From an uncultured Candidatus Saccharibacteria bacterium (GTDB taxonomy: Bacteria > Patescibacteriota > Minisyncoccia > Sungbacterales > HO2-52-23): a DNA stretch of 42,894 bases. The stretch spans positions 1 to 42,894 of the forward strand of contig CAYJWH010000003.1 in the NCBI GenBank assembly GCA_964373875.1. Direction: 5' to 3'. The notes beneath the pieces were generated by a model. It saw nothing but the letters and a program-made list of their open reading frames with translations. It was not told the origin of the DNA and did no database searches. The position numbers were made by a program, and so were the translations under genes. Numbering within the stretch: position 1 is the stretch's first letter; every line of letters starts with the position of its first letter. Of the stretch, positions 40,899 through 42,894 are shown piece after piece.

Positions 40899-41511
40899 AC
40901 CCCAAGTGACAAAAGAGCATTATCTTAATAACTACGATAGCAAAGATCGGTGGCTTTCGTATTGGTACCAAATTAGGGAAGTACTTGGTCGCGAGCCAAA
41001 AAATGTTCTGGAAGTAGGACCCGGCAACAAGACGGTGACTGATGCCTTGCGCAAAGCCGGAGTAGAAGTCACTACAGCCGACATTGCTCCGGATCTGAAT
41101 CCGGATGTTATTGCCTCGGTGCTCGAGCTTCCTTTTGCGGAGAGTTTATTTGATGTGGTACTTTGCGCTGAAGTGCTTGAACATCTTCCTTTTGACGAGT
41201 TTCCCCGCGCTCTCGCGGAAATTCACCGCGTTTCCAGAAGCTTTGCCATTATCTCACTTCCTCATGCCGGATTCGTTTTTTCTCTGGAGTGGAAGGCGCC
41301 GTTGTTAAAAAAGAAACAATGGATTTGGAAACTTCCATTTTTTTGGAAAACGCATATCTTTAACGGGGAACACTATTGGGAACTTGGCAAGCGGGGATGT
41401 TCCGTGCGGAAAATCAGACAGATTATCGGCGCAAGCGGATTTGCCATACGCGATGGCGGACTTCACGCGGACGATCCGGCGCACTACTTTTTTGTACTCA
41501 AAAAGATATGA
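40888..41511 (+). CDS. Class I SAM-dependent methyltransferase
   Basis: VLEVGPGNK (motif I), FDVVLCAEVLEHL. Confidence 0.8.
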   Translation: MEYKPQVTKEHYLNNYDSKDRWLSYWYQIREVLGREPKNVLEVGPGNKTVTDALRKAGVEVTTADIAPDLNPDVIASVLELPFAESLFDVVLCAEVLEHLPFDEFPRALAEIHRVSRSFAIISLPHAGFVFSLEWKAPLLKKKQWIWKLPFFWKTHIFNGEHYWELGKRGCSVRKIRQIIGASGFAIRDGGLHADDPAHYFFVLKKI

Positions 41512-41638
41512 CCGGCAAACGCGGGAGGCCTTCCCCAAAAGACCGCAGGTGATACGGGCGAAGGAGGGTTAAAAAGGTGACACCTTTTATGCGATCACTT
41601 CGCTTGACTTATAATTATAATAAAATTATAATAGGAGT

Positions 41639-41878
41639 ATGACTCAAAAAGTTCTAAAAGTTGGATCGTCCGCGGCCGTTACCATTCCCAAAAAGTCTCT
41701 TAAGGAGCTGGGGATTAGGATTGGGGACGAGGTGAGCGTTGAAGTGGACAGGGAGAAAAAAGAAGTCCATATAAGATCCGGCGATATCATTTCACGGGAA
41801 GATACGAGAATCGCTAAGCTTACCCTGAATTTTATCAAGCGGTATCGCAAGGACCTTGAAGCATTGGCACGGGCATAG
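41639..41878 (+). CDS. AbrB/SpoVT-type antitoxin
   Basis: KVGSSAAVTIPKKSLKELGIRIGDEV swapped-hairpin motif; stop abuts the doc start. Confidence 0.75.
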   Translation: MTQKVLKVGSSAAVTIPKKSLKELGIRIGDEVSVEVDREKKEVHIRSGDIISREDTRIAKLTLNFIKRYRKDLEALARA

Positions 41879-42277
41879 ATGAGATATCTTACCAAAGAGC
41901 AGATTCTTCTCATTCATTCGATGCTTATTGATGAGACGGGAGGAAGCCACGGCGTGAGAGATTATCACGCTATTTTAAGTCTGGAGGACTTACCGCGGCA
42001 GAGCGTTTTCGGAAAGGAATTATATCCCACCGTTTTTGAAAAAGCCGCGGTTTTGGCGAGAAATATTATTATGAACCGTCCATTTTTGGACGGAAATAAA
42101 AGGACGGGCATGACGGCGGCATCCGTGTTTCTCGAAAACAACGGATACGAGATTAACGTTAGAAAGGGCAAGATAGAAGCGTTTGCGTTAAGTATGGTCA
42201 AAGAGCGACTCTCCATTAAAGATATCGCTAAGTGGTTTGAAAAGGGCTCCAAGCGAACTAAAAATAGCGATGTCTAA
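41879..42277 (+). CDS. doc: Doc (death-on-curing, Fic-fold) toxin homolog with Arg at the catalytic His position
   Basis: RPFLDGNKRTG where Doc has HxFxDGNKR; CGT codon at 42077-42079. Confidence 0.8.
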   Translation: MRYLTKEQILLIHSMLIDETGGSHGVRDYHAILSLEDLPRQSVFGKELYPTVFEKAAVLARNIIMNRPFLDGNKRTGMTAASVFLENNGYEINVRKGKIEAFALSMVKERLSIKDIAKWFEKGSKRTKNSDV

Positions 42278-42894
42278 GATTCCTTGCTCCGTAGAAATTC
42301 TTACCCGCAATTCAGCGCTCACTCTGGAGCGTTGTTTGGAATCCGTGAAAGATTTTGCCGAAATTATGGTGCTTGACGGCAATAGCACGGATGCGACTCG
42401 GACAATTGCCCAAGAATACGGCTGCCGCATTATAAAGCAATATGACACTGACGATCCGAATGTTGCGGTAAAAGATTATGCGGAAGTGCGAAATAAAGGT
42501 TTGCGGCTCGCGACTTACGATTGGTTTATGTTCATTGATTCGGATGAATTTCTCTCATCAGAGGCAGTGGAAGAAATCCGGAAAATTGTAACCGCTTCCG
42601 ACCCGCCCGCCTACGTCTTCTGGCAGCCGCGAAAGTATGTGCTCAACGGAAAAATAATCCACTGCGCGACCACTTATCCGAATAAACAAATCCGGCTTTT
42701 TCATCGCGCTTATGTCGAAGAGTTTATTAAACCTATTCACGAGCGTATAAAGGTAAAACCGGACAGTTCGGTCGGAACTTTGAAAAATTTCGAATATGTG
42801 CCCCTGGTCACGCTTCCAGAACTAAAGGCGCGCTGGCAACGTTATATGGACACGGAGATAAAGATGAACGCCGGCCGGTCGCGCGGCAAATTGT
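42270..42894 (+). CDS. GT2-family glycosyltransferase, 3'-truncated by the window end
   Basis: ATG 42270 (8-nt overlap with doc): MSKIPCSVEILTRNSALTLERCLESV...VLDGNSTD...FIDSDEF (DxD); frame stays open to 42894; absent from the ORF track because it has no stop. Confidence 0.7.
   Translation, partial: MSKIPCSVEILTRNSALTLERCLESVKDFAEIMVLDGNSTDATRTIAQEYGCRIIKQYDTDDPNVAVKDYAEVRNKGLRLATYDWFMFIDSDEFLSSEAVEEIRKIVTASDPPAYVFWQPRKYVLNGKIIHCATTYPNKQIRLFHRAYVEEFIKPIHERIKVKPDSSVGTLKNFEYVPLVTLPELKARWQRYMDTEIKMNAGRSRGKL

Noticed and set aside
1-42894. CRISPR arrays, rRNA genes, reverse transcriptase/DGR template-variable repeat pairs, integrases
   Set aside because: None were seen on either strand. All regularly recurring repeats are the palindromic families described, and they are not arrayed with unique spacers.

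Overview
This is a 42.9-kb window from a small-gene, moderately AT-rich bacterium. All calls come from reading the translations and the DNA by eye; no searches were run. The gene content looks like a Candidate Phyla Radiation / Patescibacteria (Parcubacteria-like) genome, which is an inference. Supporting features are a minimal NifS/NifU Fe-S system, four-helix-bundle IVS-type proteins, lamin-tail-domain surface proteins, a PaaX-like regulator and a free-standing LAGLIDADG gene.

I support about 48 CDS and 2 tRNAs (Thr-CGT, Gln-CTG). There is no rRNA and no CRISPR array.
- Housekeeping genes: prfB (with the classical +1 frameshift), ftsEX, clpB, htrA, galU, peroxiredoxin, SOD, ferredoxin, nifS, nifU, nfu.
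- Two type II TA pairs: VapBC-like, and AbrB-type antitoxin plus Doc.
- A roughly 15-kb envelope locus: galU, an S-layer-like 1172-aa protein, PG-binding, TPR and LTD/PKD proteins, 4-5 glycosyltransferases and a methyltransferase.
- A 1216-aa secreted protein combining a PLC/P1-nuclease-like domain, a lamin-tail domain (LTD) and a beta-helix.

The genetic code appears standard. TGA terminates many genes and RF2 is present.

The most unusual content is non-genic: the window is heavily colonised by short palindromic repeats of at least three families.
1. A 25-nt REP (ACTATAGAGG-TTTAG-CCTCTATAGT) occurs about 9 times. It brackets a RAYT-type Y1 transposase and also lies inside it. It is inserted in frame in a glycosyltransferase, fuses two glycosyltransferase ORFs, and supplies the stop codon of the SOD gene.
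2. Elements of 100-175 bp with CCCCGC(A)C...G(T)GCGGGG inverted termini occur 7 times, plus one mini-copy inside a CDS. Their stems co-vary. One inverted pair precisely brackets a sod-nfu cassette.
3. (T/C)CTAATG-type palindromes flank a regulator gene and are inserted in frame in clpB, and probably in nifS.

Other oddities:
- Two conserved-looking genes are each interrupted by a single in-frame stop (TGA at 541, TAG at 7559).
- A G13 tract sits in a promoter-like region.
- TTATCCACA(CC) DnaA-box-like motifs are over-represented.
- Several genes have leaderless-type promoter geometry.
- The Doc toxin carries Arg at the catalytic His position.
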